From: Clostridia bacterium
Lineage (GTDB): Bacteria > Bacillota > SHA-98 > UBA4971
Reading direction: 5' to 3'
DNA length: 64,000 nt
NCBI GenBank assembly: GCA_050261175.1
Contig: JBLNDA010000125.1
Location: 10,343-74,342 of the forward strand
Shown: one piece after another, positions 8,058 through 18,016 of the stretch
Position numbering within the stretch: position 1 is the first letter of the stretch
Layout of the letters: each line of letters starts with the position of its first letter
The notes under the pieces: model-generated
Database searches by the model: none
Told to the model about the DNA's origin: nothing
Seen by the model: only the letters and a program-made list of their open reading frames with translations
Made by a program: the position numbers and the translations under genes

Positions 8058-8285
8058 GGGTGGCAAGGGGCGGGGCGGTGAGAGGAGGAGGGTGCGGGCA
8101 GGCGAGGGAAAGCGCGGGGGAGCGTGAGAGAGCCGTGGAAGGAAAGTCGCAGGATAGGGGGAACGCGGCGAAAGGGCGGGGCGGAAGATGAAAGGGGAGC
8201 GGAAAGGATCGAGCGGGGCGGAGTGAGAGGGCGGCATGTGGAGGAATCGGGCGAGCGAGCACGGAGGGGCGGGGAATATGGGGCC
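8058..8285 (+). repeat. Polypurine (G/A-rich) tract with a recurring GGGGCGG(G/A)G motif
   Basis: The plus strand is almost entirely G and A for about 230 nt. GGGGCGGGGCGG-like motifs occur near 8066, 8172, 8211 and 8264. The overlapping ORFs (for example 7989..8339 minus, Pro-rich) are compositional artefacts. Confidence 0.6.
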
Positions 8286-8332
8286 GCCTTGGCGGTAGGC
8301 GTGACTCTCGGCTGTTGGGGTACCGGCCGGCC

Positions 8333-8361
8333 TTGACACGCAGGAAGGCGTTGGCTATAAT
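8333..8361 (+). promoter_or_regulatory. Consensus sigma-A promoter for rpmH-rnpA (TTGACA, 17 nt, TATAAT)
   Basis: TTGACA at 8333-8338, a 17-nt spacer, and TATAAT at 8356-8361. It lies about 60 nt upstream of the rpmH ATG. Confidence 0.75.
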
Positions 8362-8419
8362 TTGGCTAGCGTACGGAGTCCGTGGAACGGACGTGGCGCA
8401 GGAGGCACGCGAGAGAGGT

Positions 8420-8554
8420 ATGAAGCGAACTTATCAGCCGAAGGTCAGGCGGCGTAGCAAGGTTCACGGTTTCATGCAGAGAATGGCGACGAGGGGCGGG
8501 CGCCTTGTGCTGAAGAGGAGGCGTGCCAAGGGGAGAAAGCGCCTGTCTGCGTGA
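8420..8554 (+). CDS. rpmH: 50S ribosomal protein L34
   Basis: [44 protein letters not shown] (44 aa). This is an internal start of ORF 8315..8554, with a GAGAGAGG ribosome-binding site (RBS). Confidence 0.97.
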   Translation: MKRTYQPKVRRRSKVHGFMQRMATRGGRLVLKRRRAKGRKRLSA

Positions 8555-8592
8555 ATCGGGAGCGCGGGCCATGAGGCCCGCGGGTGCGATTG

Positions 8593-8946
8593 ATGCCAAG
8601 AAGCGAGCGGCTGCGCAAGAGCAGGGGTTTTACGAGGGTCTTCGAGCACGGAAAGTCCCTTCCGGGCAGGCGGGTTGTGGTGTACTACATGGAGAACGGC
8701 CTGCCGTTCAACCGCGTCGGAGTCGCTGTGAGCAAGCGTCTTGGCGGGGCAGTTGAGCGGAACCGCCTGAAGAGGGTCGTGAAAGAAGCCTATCGGGCGA
8801 GCGAGGCGGCACTTCGAGAGGGCCTGGACCTTGTGCTACTACCCAGGTCGAAAGCGAAGACCGCCTCTTTTCAAGAGGTAAGAGAGGAGCTTCTCGGGCT
8901 TCTTTCAGAATGCGGCGCCTCGCGAAAGGGCGAATGTGAAAAGTGA
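8593..8946 (+). CDS. rnpA: Ribonuclease P protein component
   Basis: [22 protein letters not shown]...[29 protein letters not shown]. The ORF opens at a GTG at 8584; the ATG at 8593 is preferred. Confidence 0.9.
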   Translation: MPRSERLRKSRGFTRVFEHGKSLPGRRVVVYYMENGLPFNRVGVAVSKRLGGAVERNRLKRVVKEAYRASEAALREGLDLVLLPRSKAKTASFQEVREELLGLLSECGASRKGECEK

Positions 8947-9233
8947 AAGATGTGCGCGGAAAAGGAGGGTCTGCCTGGCGTAGCGCCTGGCGTGCCATGG
9001 GCGAAGGGGCGTCTGCAGCCGTCAGGGACATGGCTCTCCTATGTCTCTGGTTATATAGGAAATGTCTATCTCCGCTCAAGGGCAGGCCCACATGCAGGTT
9101 TTACCCCACGTGCTCGGCGTATGCGTACGACGCCATACGCAAGTATGGCGTGTTCAGGGGCGGTTATCTCGCTGCGAGGCGGATCGTGAAGTGCCATCCA
9201 TTCCATCCCGGAGGGTACGACCCGGTCCCGTAG
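8943..9233 (+). CDS. yidD: Membrane protein insertion efficiency factor YidD
   Basis: [59 protein letters not shown]. The true start is possibly the internal Met19 or Met30. Confidence 0.88.
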   Translation: MKDVRGKGGSAWRSAWRAMGEGASAAVRDMALLCLWLYRKCLSPLKGRPTCRFYPTCSAYAYDAIRKYGVFRGGYLAARRIVKCHPFHPGGYDPVP

Positions 9234-9245
9234 GCGCGACGGGGA

Positions 9246-9974
9246 TTGAGAAGCGACAGGAGGGTGCTTGTATTGACTCTCACGGGCATTATCAACTCCA
9301 TAGTCCAGTTCCTCCGGGGTGTGACGGGGAGCGACGGGCTCGCGATCATCGTCCTGACTGTTCTGCTGAAGGTGGTCACGTATCCGCTCACAGTCAAGCA
9401 GACGAAGGCCATGGAGGAAATGAAGCTCCTCCAGCCGAAAGTGAAAGAGATTCAGGAGAAGTACAAGTCGCAGCCGGAAGAGATGCAGAAGAGGGTAATG
9501 GAGCTCTACCGGGAGCACAAGGTGAACCCTCTTGGTGGCTGCTGGCCGACCCTGATTCAGCTGCCGATCATATGGGCGCTCTTCACTGCGCTGAGGAACT
9601 ATCCGTTTGAGCAGCGGTTCCTTTGGATGCCGAACCTCGGCAAGCCCGACGTGATACTCGCCGTGCTAGCCGGGGTGGCCACATACCTGCAGTCGGTGAT
9701 GATGAGCACGGACCCGAGCCAGAAGATGATGAACCTCATAATGCCCGCGTTCATCATCTGGATCAGCTTGAGCTTTCCCGCCGGCGTCACGTTGTACTGG
9801 GTGGTCACCACCCTCCTCGCCGCGGTGCAGCAGTGGTGGATGGGAAGGCAGGTGGCGCAGGCAGGGCTTGTCGTTGAGACGGTGACGCGCCCGAGGAAAG
9901 GCAGCGTTCCGAAGGCTGCCGCATCGCAGCCGCAGGATGCAGAGGGGGAGTCCGGGCATGGCGCAAAGCGTTGA
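9246..9974 (+). CDS. yidC: YidC/SpoIIIJ membrane protein insertase
   Basis: ...KQTKAMEEMKLLQPKVKEIQEKYK...MELYREHKVNPLGGCWPTLIQLPIIWALF...AGVTLYWVVTTLL. Confidence 0.92.
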   Translation: MRSDRRVLVLTLTGIINSIVQFLRGVTGSDGLAIIVLTVLLKVVTYPLTVKQTKAMEEMKLLQPKVKEIQEKYKSQPEEMQKRVMELYREHKVNPLGGCWPTLIQLPIIWALFTALRNYPFEQRFLWMPNLGKPDVILAVLAGVATYLQSVMMSTDPSQKMMNLIMPAFIIWISLSFPAGVTLYWVVTTLLAAVQQWWMGRQVAQAGLVVETVTRPRKGSVPKAAASQPQDAEGESGHGAKR

Positions 9975-10635
9975 GAAGACCGGCAAGACGGTTGACGAGG
10001 CGGTCCAGGAAGCCCTCGAGGCGCTGGGACTGACCCGTGACGAAGTGGACGTTGAGGTGCTCGAGGAGCCCGCGAGGGGCATTCTTGGGCTCGTCGGCCA
10101 GAGGCCGGCGCGTGTGAGGGTGACGGCGAAGGCCGATACTACTGTAGTGGACGTGGCGGAGAAGGCCAGGGAGTTCCTGGAGGAATTGTTGGGGCACATG
10201 GGATTCTCCGGTGTCTTGGTGAGCGCCCGGGAAGTCGATGGAATCCTGCGGCTCGAGGTCCAGGGAAAGGGCCTGGGCGGCCTCATCGGGAGACGCGGCG
10301 CCACCCTCGACGCAGTCCAGCACCTTGTGAACCTCGTGGCCGGAAGGTGGATGCGGGTGGTGGGGCGCGGTGCGGGTGACCAGGAGGACCGGTACAGGAT
10401 AATCGTGGATGCCGAGGGTTACCGGGAGAAGAGGACGCGCTCCTTGGAAAGGTTGGCCCTGACAGTGGCCGAGCGCGTGCGCAGGGAGGGCAGAAAGGCC
10501 ACCCTGGAACCCATGAACCCGATGGAGCGGCGAATAGTCCACCTGGCCGTCCAGGGTTGCGAGGGAGTCACATCGTTCAGCGAAGGGGAGGAACCCTACA
10601 GGCGGGTCGTGATCGCTCCTCTAGAAGACAAGTGA
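9958..10635 (+). CDS. jag: Jag/KhpB RNA-binding protein (Jag_N + KH + R3H)
   Basis: MAQSVEKTGKTVDEAVQEALEALGLTRDEVDVEVLEE... and the C-terminal R3H region LEPMNPMERRIVHLAVQ. The start is taken at Met8 of ORF 9937. Confidence 0.88.
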   Translation: MAQSVEKTGKTVDEAVQEALEALGLTRDEVDVEVLEEPARGILGLVGQRPARVRVTAKADTTVVDVAEKAREFLEELLGHMGFSGVLVSAREVDGILRLEVQGKGLGGLIGRRGATLDAVQHLVNLVAGRWMRVVGRGAGDQEDRYRIIVDAEGYREKRTRSLERLALTVAERVRREGRKATLEPMNPMERRIVHLAVQGCEGVTSFSEGEEPYRRVVIAPLEDK

Positions 10636-10811
10636 TTGAGAGGGACTGAAAGGCGGCGCCCCTAGGGAGCGGGATGCGGGATGTACGTATGGCAGTGACC
10701 TCCCGTTGAGCCGGAGACCTGGCAGGGGTGGGACCCGAGGAACGGGGGAAGGGTCAAGAGAGCGCCTCCAGCGGCCGGATCCGGCATCGCGGAGGAGGGC
10801 GGGGCTTGAGC

Positions 10812-10840
10812 AATGCGTGTCTTCGAGGCACGCATTTTGA
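10812..10840 (+). terminator. Putative intrinsic terminator after jag
   Basis: The stem AATGCGTG (10812-10819) pairs with CACGCATT (10829-10836), with a 9-nt loop, followed by TTGAGTT. Confidence 0.45.
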
Positions 10841-10921
10841 GTTGATGGGGTTGCGTGAGGGGGTCGCGTGACGCACCCTCGGGTCACGCTCCTCCGGCGG
10901 CGAGGAGGGGAGAGACTCTCG

Positions 10922-12322
10922 ATGGAAGGACGCGGGATCGTGGAGAACGAAACGATAGCGGCGATTTCGACGCCCCTCGGTGAAGGGGGGATAGGGATCG
11001 TCCGCATCAGCGGTCCGGACGCCCTCAAGATCGCGTCCAGGCTTTTCCGCGACCCATCGGGGAAGCGACACCGCGCGCTCAGGCCGTGGGGCCTGAGATA
11101 CGGGGTCGTGGTCGATCCCGAGACTGGCGAGGAGATAGATGAGGCGCTCGCGAGCGCGATGCCGGCCCCTCACAGCTTCACTCGCGAGGATGTGGTTGAG
11201 TTCAGCTGCCACGGCGGAGTGGGCCCTTTGTCGCGGGTGCTGGAAGCGGTGCTGAGGTGCGGGGCGCGCCTCGCGCAGCCCGGGGAGTTTACGAGACGGG
11301 CGTTCCTTGCCGGGAGGATCGACCTTGCCCAAGCGGAGGCGATCATCGAGCTTGTGCGGGCCAGGACAGACTCCGCTCGGAGGTTGGCGCTGGCGAACTT
11401 AAGAGGCGGCCTCTCCGCAGCGGTGGTGTCCATTCGCGATGACGTCGTGATGCTTCTGGCGGAACTCGAGGCGGCCGTGGACTTCCCCGAGGACGAAGTG
11501 GACGAGCCGGACCGGGCCACGGTCATTTTCCGGGCGCGCGAGACAGCCTCGAAACTGCGTGGCCTCGCGGAGAGGGCGCGACGCGGCCGCGTGTACCGGG
11601 ACGGCGTGACAGTGGTCATCGTGGGGCGACCGAACGTGGGCAAGTCCAGCTTGCTGAACGCTCTGCTCGGCCGGTCGAGAGCGATCGTAACGGAAATCCC
11701 CGGCACGACCCGCGACGCAGTGGAGGACTGGACGAACATGCGCGGTATCCCCGTGAGACTAGTAGACACGGCGGGGCTTCGCGAGACGGATGACCCGGTG
11801 GAGCGGCTCGGGGTGGAGCGGACACTGGAACGGCTCGAGGAGGCGGATTTGACGATTGTGGTGATCGACGGGAGCGAGCCGCTCTCAGATGGAGACGTGA
11901 GCGTGCTCAGAAGCGCCTGCGGAAAAGGAGGCGCGGTCGTCCTAAACAAGGGCGATCTCCCGCAGAGGGTGTCGGAGAGCGATGTCGCTCCGCACGCGGC
12001 TGGGATGCCCGTCGTCCGTGTGAGCGCGAAAGAAGGCTCCGGCGTGGAGTCCCTCGAAGACACCATCTTCGGGCTCGCCGTGGGCAAGGCCGCCGGGGTG
12101 AGCGAAGGGATGGTCATGGCGACTGCCCGCCAGCAAGAGGCTCTGGAGCGCGCGGCGGCCGCTCTGGACGAGGTGGAGCGGGGGCTGGGGGCAGGAACGC
12201 CCCTTGACCCCGCGGTGATAGACATCCGGGAGGCGCTGTTCTGGCTGGACCAGATCACAGGACGCTCGGCGTCCGATGACGTGTTGGACAAGATCTTCTC
12301 CGAGTTTTGTATCGGAAAGTGA
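10922..12322 (+). CDS. mnmE: tRNA modification GTPase MnmE
   Basis: ETIAAISTPLGEGGIGIVRISG...GRPNVGKSSLLNAL...TEIPGTTRD...DTAGLRE... ending in the C-terminal FCIGK. The start is Met19 of ORF 10868. Confidence 0.93.
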   Translation: MEGRGIVENETIAAISTPLGEGGIGIVRISGPDALKIASRLFRDPSGKRHRALRPWGLRYGVVVDPETGEEIDEALASAMPAPHSFTREDVVEFSCHGGVGPLSRVLEAVLRCGARLAQPGEFTRRAFLAGRIDLAQAEAIIELVRARTDSARRLALANLRGGLSAAVVSIRDDVVMLLAELEAAVDFPEDEVDEPDRATVIFRARETASKLRGLAERARRGRVYRDGVTVVIVGRPNVGKSSLLNALLGRSRAIVTEIPGTTRDAVEDWTNMRGIPVRLVDTAGLRETDDPVERLGVERTLERLEEADLTIVVIDGSEPLSDGDVSVLRSACGKGGAVVLNKGDLPQRVSESDVAPHAAGMPVVRVSAKEGSGVESLEDTIFGLAVGKAAGVSEGMVMATARQQEALERAAAALDEVERGLGAGTPLDPAVIDIREALFWLDQITGRSASDDVLDKIFSEFCIGK

Positions 12323-12396
12323 GACGCGACCCGGCGCGCACCCGGGGTGGGGTGGGTTCTGCGGGGGCGGTTCGAAGGGAGGTGTCGGCAGAGGTG

Positions 12397-14295
12397 ATGA
12401 AAGGTCATGACGCGGACGTCATCGTAGTCGGGGGAGGCCATGCCGGGTGTGAAGCCGCGCTGGCATGCGCGAGAATGGGCGCGAGCGTGCTTCTGCTGAC
12501 GCTCGGGTGGGACGCCGTGGCCGCCATGCCGTGCAACCCCTCAATCGGGGGACCGGGGAAGGCCCAGCTCGTGCGGGAGATAGACGCGCTCGGCGGGGAG
12601 ATGGCGCGGAACATCGACGCCACCTATCTGCAGATGAGGCTGCTCAACGTAGGGAAGGGACCGGCGGTGCGTTCCTTGCGGGCGCAGGCTGACAAGGCCG
12701 CCTACGGGGCGAGGATGCGCGAGGTTCTCTTGGGGCAGCGGAACCTTGCCGTGGAGGTGGCGCACGTCGTGGGGATCGAGGTAGCCCAGGACGGGTCGGC
12801 CGCGGGCGTCGTGACACAGGAGCGCGGCGCCGTGCGCGCCGCGGTGGTCATCGTGGCTACAGGGACGTACCTCGGCGGGACCGTTCATGTGGGGGACCGG
12901 TCCTGGGCCTCGGGACCTTACGGGCAGCCTGCCGCGGAGGAGCTCGGACGTTCGTTGGCGGGACTCGGCCTGCGGCTCGCGAGGTTCAAGACGGGCACGT
13001 CTCCAAGGGTCCGAAAGGGCAGTGTCGACGTGAGCAAGATGCAAGAACAGCGGGGGGAGGTCCTGCCCTTCGGCTTCTCGTTCGAGACGGGGGGCACTCG
13101 TGCGGACCAGGAGCTCTGCTGGCTGACGTACACTACGCCTCGGACGCATGAGATAATCCGCGCGAACCTGGGCAGGGCCCCGCTGTACACGGGGGCCATC
13201 ACCGGGCGCGGACCCCGCTACTGCCCGTCCATCGAGACGAAGGTGGTGGAGTTTCCGGCGCGGGAGAGACACCAAGTGTTCCTGGAGCCTGAGACCAGGG
13301 ACGGGGAGGTCATGTACCTCGGAGGGCTGTCGACGAGTCTGCCGGCGGACGTCCAGGAGGAAATGGTCCACAGCGTACCAGGGCTGGAGGAAGCGCAGAT
13401 AGTCCGCCCGGGGTACGCCATAGAGTATGACTGCCTCGTGCCGACAGAGCTCTTTCCGTCTCTCGAGACCAAGAGAGTCCCGGGACTCTTTGCGGCCGGG
13501 CAGATAAACGGGACGTCGGGCTATGAGGAAGCGGCGAGCCAGGGGCTCGTGGCCGGGATCAACGCCGTTCTGAAGATCCGGGGGAGAGAACCGCTCGTGC
13601 TGGAGAGGTCGGAAGCGTACATCGGCGTGCTCATCGACGACCTGGTGACGAAAGGAACGTGCGAGCCGTACCGAATGATGACTTCGCGCGCGGAGCACCG
13701 GCTCACCCTGAGACAGGACAACGCCGATCTGAGGCTCACCGAAAAGGGACACGAGCTTGGGCTGGTGAGTGAGGAGAGGTACGAGAGATTCCTCGTGAGG
13801 CGGCGGCTCATCCAGGACGAGATCGCGCGATTGACGAGGACGGTTGTTCCGGGAGACGCCGAGACGGGACGCTTGCTGGCCGCCATCGGGACGGCTCCGC
13901 TGCAGTCCGAGACTTCGCTCGGGGATTTGCTGGCAAGGCCCGAGGTGACGTACGAGAGTCTGGGAGCGGTCGACCCGGGGCGGCCTACCTTACCGCGGGA
14001 CGTGGTTCAGGTTGTGGAGGTGGAGCTGAAGTACGCCGGTTATATAGTGAAGCAGAGAAGCCAGATAGAGCGCGCGAGGCGCTTGGAGGCGCGGCTCCTG
14101 CCTCCGCACGTGGATTACGGGTCTGTGGCGGGGCTTTCACGGGAGGCGCGGGAGAAGCTCTCCGACATCCGCCCCAGGTCGATAGGGCAGGCTGCGCGGA
14201 TAGCCGGAGTGTCGCCCGCGGACGTGATGGCGCTCATCGCCTATGTCGACTCCGGACGCCATCGATCGCCGCTCGATCGTGTCCGCGACGCGTAG
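12397..14295 (+). CDS. mnmG: tRNA uridine 5-carboxymethylaminomethyl modification enzyme MnmG (GidA)
   Basis: MKGHDADVIVVGGGHAGCEAALA...MPCNPSIGGPGKAQLVREIDALGG...FAAGQINGTSGYEEAA. The start is Met31 of ORF 12307. Confidence 0.95.
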   Translation: MKGHDADVIVVGGGHAGCEAALACARMGASVLLLTLGWDAVAAMPCNPSIGGPGKAQLVREIDALGGEMARNIDATYLQMRLLNVGKGPAVRSLRAQADKAAYGARMREVLLGQRNLAVEVAHVVGIEVAQDGSAAGVVTQERGAVRAAVVIVATGTYLGGTVHVGDRSWASGPYGQPAAEELGRSLAGLGLRLARFKTGTSPRVRKGSVDVSKMQEQRGEVLPFGFSFETGGTRADQELCWLTYTTPRTHEIIRANLGRAPLYTGAITGRGPRYCPSIETKVVEFPARERHQVFLEPETRDGEVMYLGGLSTSLPADVQEEMVHSVPGLEEAQIVRPGYAIEYDCLVPTELFPSLETKRVPGLFAAGQINGTSGYEEAASQGLVAGINAVLKIRGREPLVLERSEAYIGVLIDDLVTKGTCEPYRMMTSRAEHRLTLRQDNADLRLTEKGHELGLVSEERYERFLVRRRLIQDEIARLTRTVVPGDAETGRLLAAIGTAPLQSETSLGDLLARPEVTYESLGAVDPGRPTLPRDVVQVVEVELKYAGYIVKQRSQIERARRLEARLLPPHVDYGSVAGLSREAREKLSDIRPRSIGQAARIAGVSPADVMALIAYVDSGRHRSPLDRVRDA

Positions 14296-14376
14296 CGGGC
14301 GCGTAGCATCAGGGGCCTCGGCCTCCGGGAAGGTGTCCCGGAGAGGTTGCGGCGGGAAGCGAGACCGCGATCGCGT

Positions 14377-15126
14377 ATGGGGGGTGCGGCGTTGGGCGTC
14401 ATGGAGGTACTGGAGCACGGAGCGGAGGAGCTCGGAATAGAGCTTGGCGCGGAGGCGGTCGTCCTCTTCGATCGCTATTACCGGGAGTTGACCGAGTGGA
14501 ACCGGCGAATCAACCTTACTTCCATCGAGGGCGAGGAGGAGGTCGCAATCAAGCATTTCCTCGACTCTCTCACGTGTCTTCTGGCGGTTGACCTCCGGGA
14601 AGGCTCCAGTGTAGTTGACGTGGGGAGCGGCGCGGGATTCCCTGGTGTGGCGCTCAAGGTGGCTCGACCGGGGATCCGGCTTACGCTGGTGGAGGCGTCT
14701 GGGAAGAAAGCGGGGTTTCTGAGGGAGATCGTGGGCGTGCTGGACCTCGAGGACGTGGAGGTATTGTGGGACCGCGCGGAGCGTGTGGGCCGGATGGCGG
14801 GCCACCGGGAATCGTACGACGTGGCTACTGCAAGGGGCGTCGCGGAGATGGCGGCCTTGGTGGAGGTGTGTCTCCCGCTGGTGAGGGTGGGTGGGGTGTT
14901 CGTCGCCCAGAAGGGGCCCGACGTCAGCGAAGAGATGGCAGGCGCGCTGGCGGCCGTGGAGGCCATGGGAGGGCGGGTTGAGCGGCTCATCCCTGTGGCG
15001 CTTCCCTTTGGCTGCGGGGGGAGAACGCTTTTGGTGATAAGAAAGGAGTCGCCGACGCCTGAGGAATACCCGAGGCGGCCGGGGATTCCGGAGAAAAGGC
15101 CGATCAAGGGGCGGGCGGGCTCGTGA
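14377..15126 (+). CDS. rsmG: 16S rRNA (guanine527-N7)-methyltransferase RsmG (GidB)
   Basis: ...LTEWNRRINLTSI...HFLDSL...VVDVGSGAGFPGVALKV... The start is uncertain (14347, 14377 or 14401). Confidence 0.9.
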   Translation: MGGAALGVMEVLEHGAEELGIELGAEAVVLFDRYYRELTEWNRRINLTSIEGEEEVAIKHFLDSLTCLLAVDLREGSSVVDVGSGAGFPGVALKVARPGIRLTLVEASGKKAGFLREIVGVLDLEDVEVLWDRAERVGRMAGHRESYDVATARGVAEMAALVEVCLPLVRVGGVFVAQKGPDVSEEMAGALAAVEAMGGRVERLIPVALPFGCGGRTLLVIRKESPTPEEYPRRPGIPEKRPIKGRAGS

Positions 15127-15313
15127 ACGGGCCGGGTCATGATTGCGGGAAGGGGTCGCGGATGGAGATGGGCGGCGCACACAGGAATGATGTGCGCCGC
15201 TTGCGCTCTTGGCAGGCGGTCCGGCGGGAGTTTCTTGCTGGGTGGATGGGGAGGATCTGGGTCTTTGGTGCCGAAGTACTATGCTACGCTTTCGGGGAAG
15301 AGGCGGCTCGGCG

Positions 15314-16213
15314 ATGAAGGACGAACTTGCGCGCCTGATGGGCCTGCGTAGGAAAGGCGAGGCAGGCGCGAAGGAAACCGTAAAGGAAATAGCGTTGAGC
15401 CTCATCAGATCCAACCCATACCAGCCGAGGGAGGCGTTCGACGATGAAAGCCTTCAGGAGTTGGCTGACTCCATTAAAGAGCACGGCTTGATTCAGCCCG
15501 TGATCGTACGGCAAGTTGGGGACCAGTATGAGATCATCGCGGGGGAGAGACGCCTCCGGGCGTGCCGGATGGCAGGGCTCCAGAGCGTGCCAGCGATCAT
15601 TCGGGACATGTCGCCCGGCGAGAGCGCTGAGGTGTCGCTCGTTGAGAACCTCCAGCGCAAGGACCTGAACGTTTTGGAGGAGGCAGCGGGCTATCAGAGG
15701 CTGCTTGGTGAGTTTGGGCTGACGCAGCAGGAGCTTGCGAAGCGCGTGGGGAAGAACCAGTCCACCATCGCGAACAAGCTCAGGCTGTTGAAGCTTCCTC
15801 AGGCGGTGCTCGACGCGCTGGGGCGCGAGATCATATCCGAGCGGCACGCGAGGGCGCTGCTGAGACTGCCCTCGGAGCAGGATCAACTGGCGGTGCTGCG
15901 GCGGATACAAGCTCAGGGGCTGACGGTAGGGCAGACGGAGGCGCTCATCGACGAGAGGCTCAAAGAGATCCGCCGGAAGCACGTGAGGCGGAAGGTGCGC
16001 GGCCAGGAGGCGGGGGCTGTTCGCGCCTTTAAGGATATCAGGGTTTTCCTGAACTCCGTGAGGGATGTGGTAAGACAACTGAAGGCGACGGGCGTGAAAG
16101 TCGGCTTCGAGGAAAGGGACGACGGAGACGTCCTCGAGCTGAGGATACGGATCGCCAGATCGGTACAGGATGACGGCGACCAGTCTCAGGGGCCCAAAGC
16201 GGCTGAGGGCTAA
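15314..16213 (+). CDS. noc: ParB-family nucleoid occlusion protein Noc-like
   Basis: MKDELARLMGLRRKGE... (a Noc-like N-terminal amphipathic segment), then IRSNPYQPREAFDDESLQELADSIKEHGLIQPVIVRQ...IIAGERRLRA...QSTIANKLRLLKLP. It lies between rsmG and soj, and a perfect NBS palindrome is present at 18544. Confidence 0.8.
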   Translation: MKDELARLMGLRRKGEAGAKETVKEIALSLIRSNPYQPREAFDDESLQELADSIKEHGLIQPVIVRQVGDQYEIIAGERRLRACRMAGLQSVPAIIRDMSPGESAEVSLVENLQRKDLNVLEEAAGYQRLLGEFGLTQQELAKRVGKNQSTIANKLRLLKLPQAVLDALGREIISERHARALLRLPSEQDQLAVLRRIQAQGLTVGQTEALIDERLKEIRRKHVRRKVRGQEAGAVRAFKDIRVFLNSVRDVVRQLKATGVKVGFEERDDGDVLELRIRIARSVQDDGDQSQGPKAAEG

Positions 16214-16338
16214 AGGATGAAGGGCGGCTTGGCGGCCATCTCCTCTCCTCCCTTAAGGGCGCAGGCCCGCGCGCGGTCGAGGGAGTGGCATGCAGACCGC
16301 CGAGTGAAGGCTTTACGGCATAACATCTGCGGGGGCGT

Positions 16339-17106
16339 GTGATGATGGGTAAGGTAATGGCTGTGGTGAACCAGAAAGGCGGGGTCGGAAAGAGCACGAC
16401 GGCGGTGAATCTGAGCGCCTGCATCGCCGTGCAGGGAGTGCCCGTCCTTCTCGTGGATGTTGACCCGCAGGGGAACGCCAGCAGCGGGGTGGGGGTTGAC
16501 AAGGGCTCTACGAAACGCTGCGTGTATGACGCTATCATCAACGACCAGCCGCTGGCAAGCCTGATCCTCGAAACTGCGATCCCGGCCCTGAAGGTGGTGC
16601 CGGCCAGCATCCAGCTGGCCGGGGCGGAGATCGAGCTTGTCTCCACGATGTCGCGGGAGGTCAGGCTGCGCAGGGCTCTCGACAGTGTGCGCGACAGGTA
16701 CGATTACATCATAATCGACTGCCCTCCCTCACTCGGTCTCCTGACGCTCAACGCTCTCACGGCGGCGGACTCCGTCATAGTGCCGATTCAGTGCGAGTAC
16801 TATGCGCTCGAAGGACTGAGCCAGCTGCTGAACACGATTCAACTGGTGCAGAAACACCTAAATCCCGGGTTGAGAATCGAGGGCGTGGTGCTCACCATGT
16901 ACGACCCGCGGACGAACCTGTCTCAGCAGGTGATAGATGAAGTGAGGCATTTCTTCAGAGAGAAAGTGTACGCGACGGTGATTCCGAGGAACATTCGCCT
17001 CAGCGAGGCACCCAGCTACGGGCAGCCAATCATCTTGTATGACGACAGATCGAAGGGCGCAGAAGCGTACAGACAACTGGCGAAGGAAGTGATGGCCAGT
17101 GCCTAG
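16339..17106 (+). CDS. soj: Chromosome partitioning ATPase ParA/Soj
   Basis: VMAVVNQKGGVGKSTTAVNLSA (deviant Walker A)...IIIDCPPSLG... Confidence 0.95.
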   Translation: MMMGKVMAVVNQKGGVGKSTTAVNLSACIAVQGVPVLLVDVDPQGNASSGVGVDKGSTKRCVYDAIINDQPLASLILETAIPALKVVPASIQLAGAEIELVSTMSREVRLRRALDSVRDRYDYIIIDCPPSLGLLTLNALTAADSVIVPIQCEYYALEGLSQLLNTIQLVQKHLNPGLRIEGVVLTMYDPRTNLSQQVIDEVRHFFREKVYATVIPRNIRLSEAPSYGQPIILYDDRSKGAEAYRQLAKEVMASA

Positions 17107-17947
17107 GAAAGGGCTGGGTAAGGGGCTCAGCGCGCTTATACCAGACGTGCGTCCAGAGGACGCTGAGAGGGTTCAGGAACTGCCGATCGATCAGATCCGG
17201 CCCAACCCGTACCAGCCGAGGAAGCGGTTTGACGACGCGAAGCTAGCAGAGCTGGCGGAGTCCATCAAAGCCCACGGGATCGTGCAGCCGCTGGTAGTGC
17301 GGAGAGCCGGCGAAGAATATGAACTCGTGGTAGGGCAACGGCGTCTGCTGGCGGCGCGTATGGCTGGGCTCGCGGAGGTCCCGGTGGTCGTGAGCGACCT
17401 GGGGGACGCCGAGATGATCCAGGTCGCGCTCATCGAGAACCTGCAGCGGGAGGACCTAAATCCCATCGAGGAGGCAGAGTCCTATCGAAGGCTGGTGGAG
17501 GAGTTCTCCATGAGCCAGGAAGAGCTGGCGAGGGTGCTGGGACGGAGCAGACCGTCGATAGCGAATACCTTGCGGCTCTTGAATCTGCAGCCAGAGGTGC
17601 AGGAGGCTGTTTCACGTGGAACAATCTCCATGGGGCACGCCAGGGCGCTGCTGGCGATTCAGGAGCCCGCGCTGCAGGTGGAGGCGTGCAGGCACGTGAT
17701 CGAGAGGGAGTTGTCTGTGCGCGAGACGGAAGATCTCGTGCGGCGGGTACTTGCGTCCGGGCGGGTCGCGGGCGAGGAAACGAAGGAAGAGAAGTCAAAG
17801 GACCCAGAGATCGCTTCGCTGGAAGAGAAGCTGAGGCGCGTATTCGGCACGCAGGTAAGGATCATTCCCGGGAAGAAGAAAGGAAAGATCGAGATAGAAT
17901 ACTACAACGATGACGACCTGGAACGGATACTCGCCCTCGTGCTTTGA
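17099..17947 (+). CDS. spo0J: Chromosome partitioning protein ParB/Spo0J
   Basis: IDQIRPNPYQPRKRFDDAKLAELAESIKAHGIVQPLVVRR...LVVGQRRLLAA...RPSIANTLRLLNL. The GTG start overlaps the soj stop. The gene contains an internal parS site. Confidence 0.93.
   Translation: MPRKGLGKGLSALIPDVRPEDAERVQELPIDQIRPNPYQPRKRFDDAKLAELAESIKAHGIVQPLVVRRAGEEYELVVGQRRLLAARMAGLAEVPVVVSDLGDAEMIQVALIENLQREDLNPIEEAESYRRLVEEFSMSQEELARVLGRSRPSIANTLRLLNLQPEVQEAVSRGTISMGHARALLAIQEPALQVEACRHVIERELSVRETEDLVRRVLASGRVAGEETKEEKSKDPEIASLEEKLRRVFGTQVRIIPGKKKGKIEIEYYNDDDLERILALVL
17608..17623. promoter_or_regulatory. parS: parS site inside spo0J (TGTTTCACGTGGAACA)
   Basis: 15 of 16 positions match the Bacillus-type parS TGTTNCACGTGAAACA. 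An intragenic parS in spo0J is the classical arrangement. Confidence 0.8.
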
Positions 17948-18016
17948 GGCGGCAGGACCTCTTGGGTGCCTCGGGCCAGGAGGCGAAGGGGCAGGAACAC
18001 GCGAGACTGAAGAAAG

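Noticed and set aside
7989-8339. A Pro-rich 116-aa minus-strand ORF and the overlapping ORFs 8041-8262(-) and 8124-8336(+).
   Set aside because: They are translations of the polypurine/polypyrimidine tract, with extreme low-complexity composition. They also overlap the rpmH promoter.
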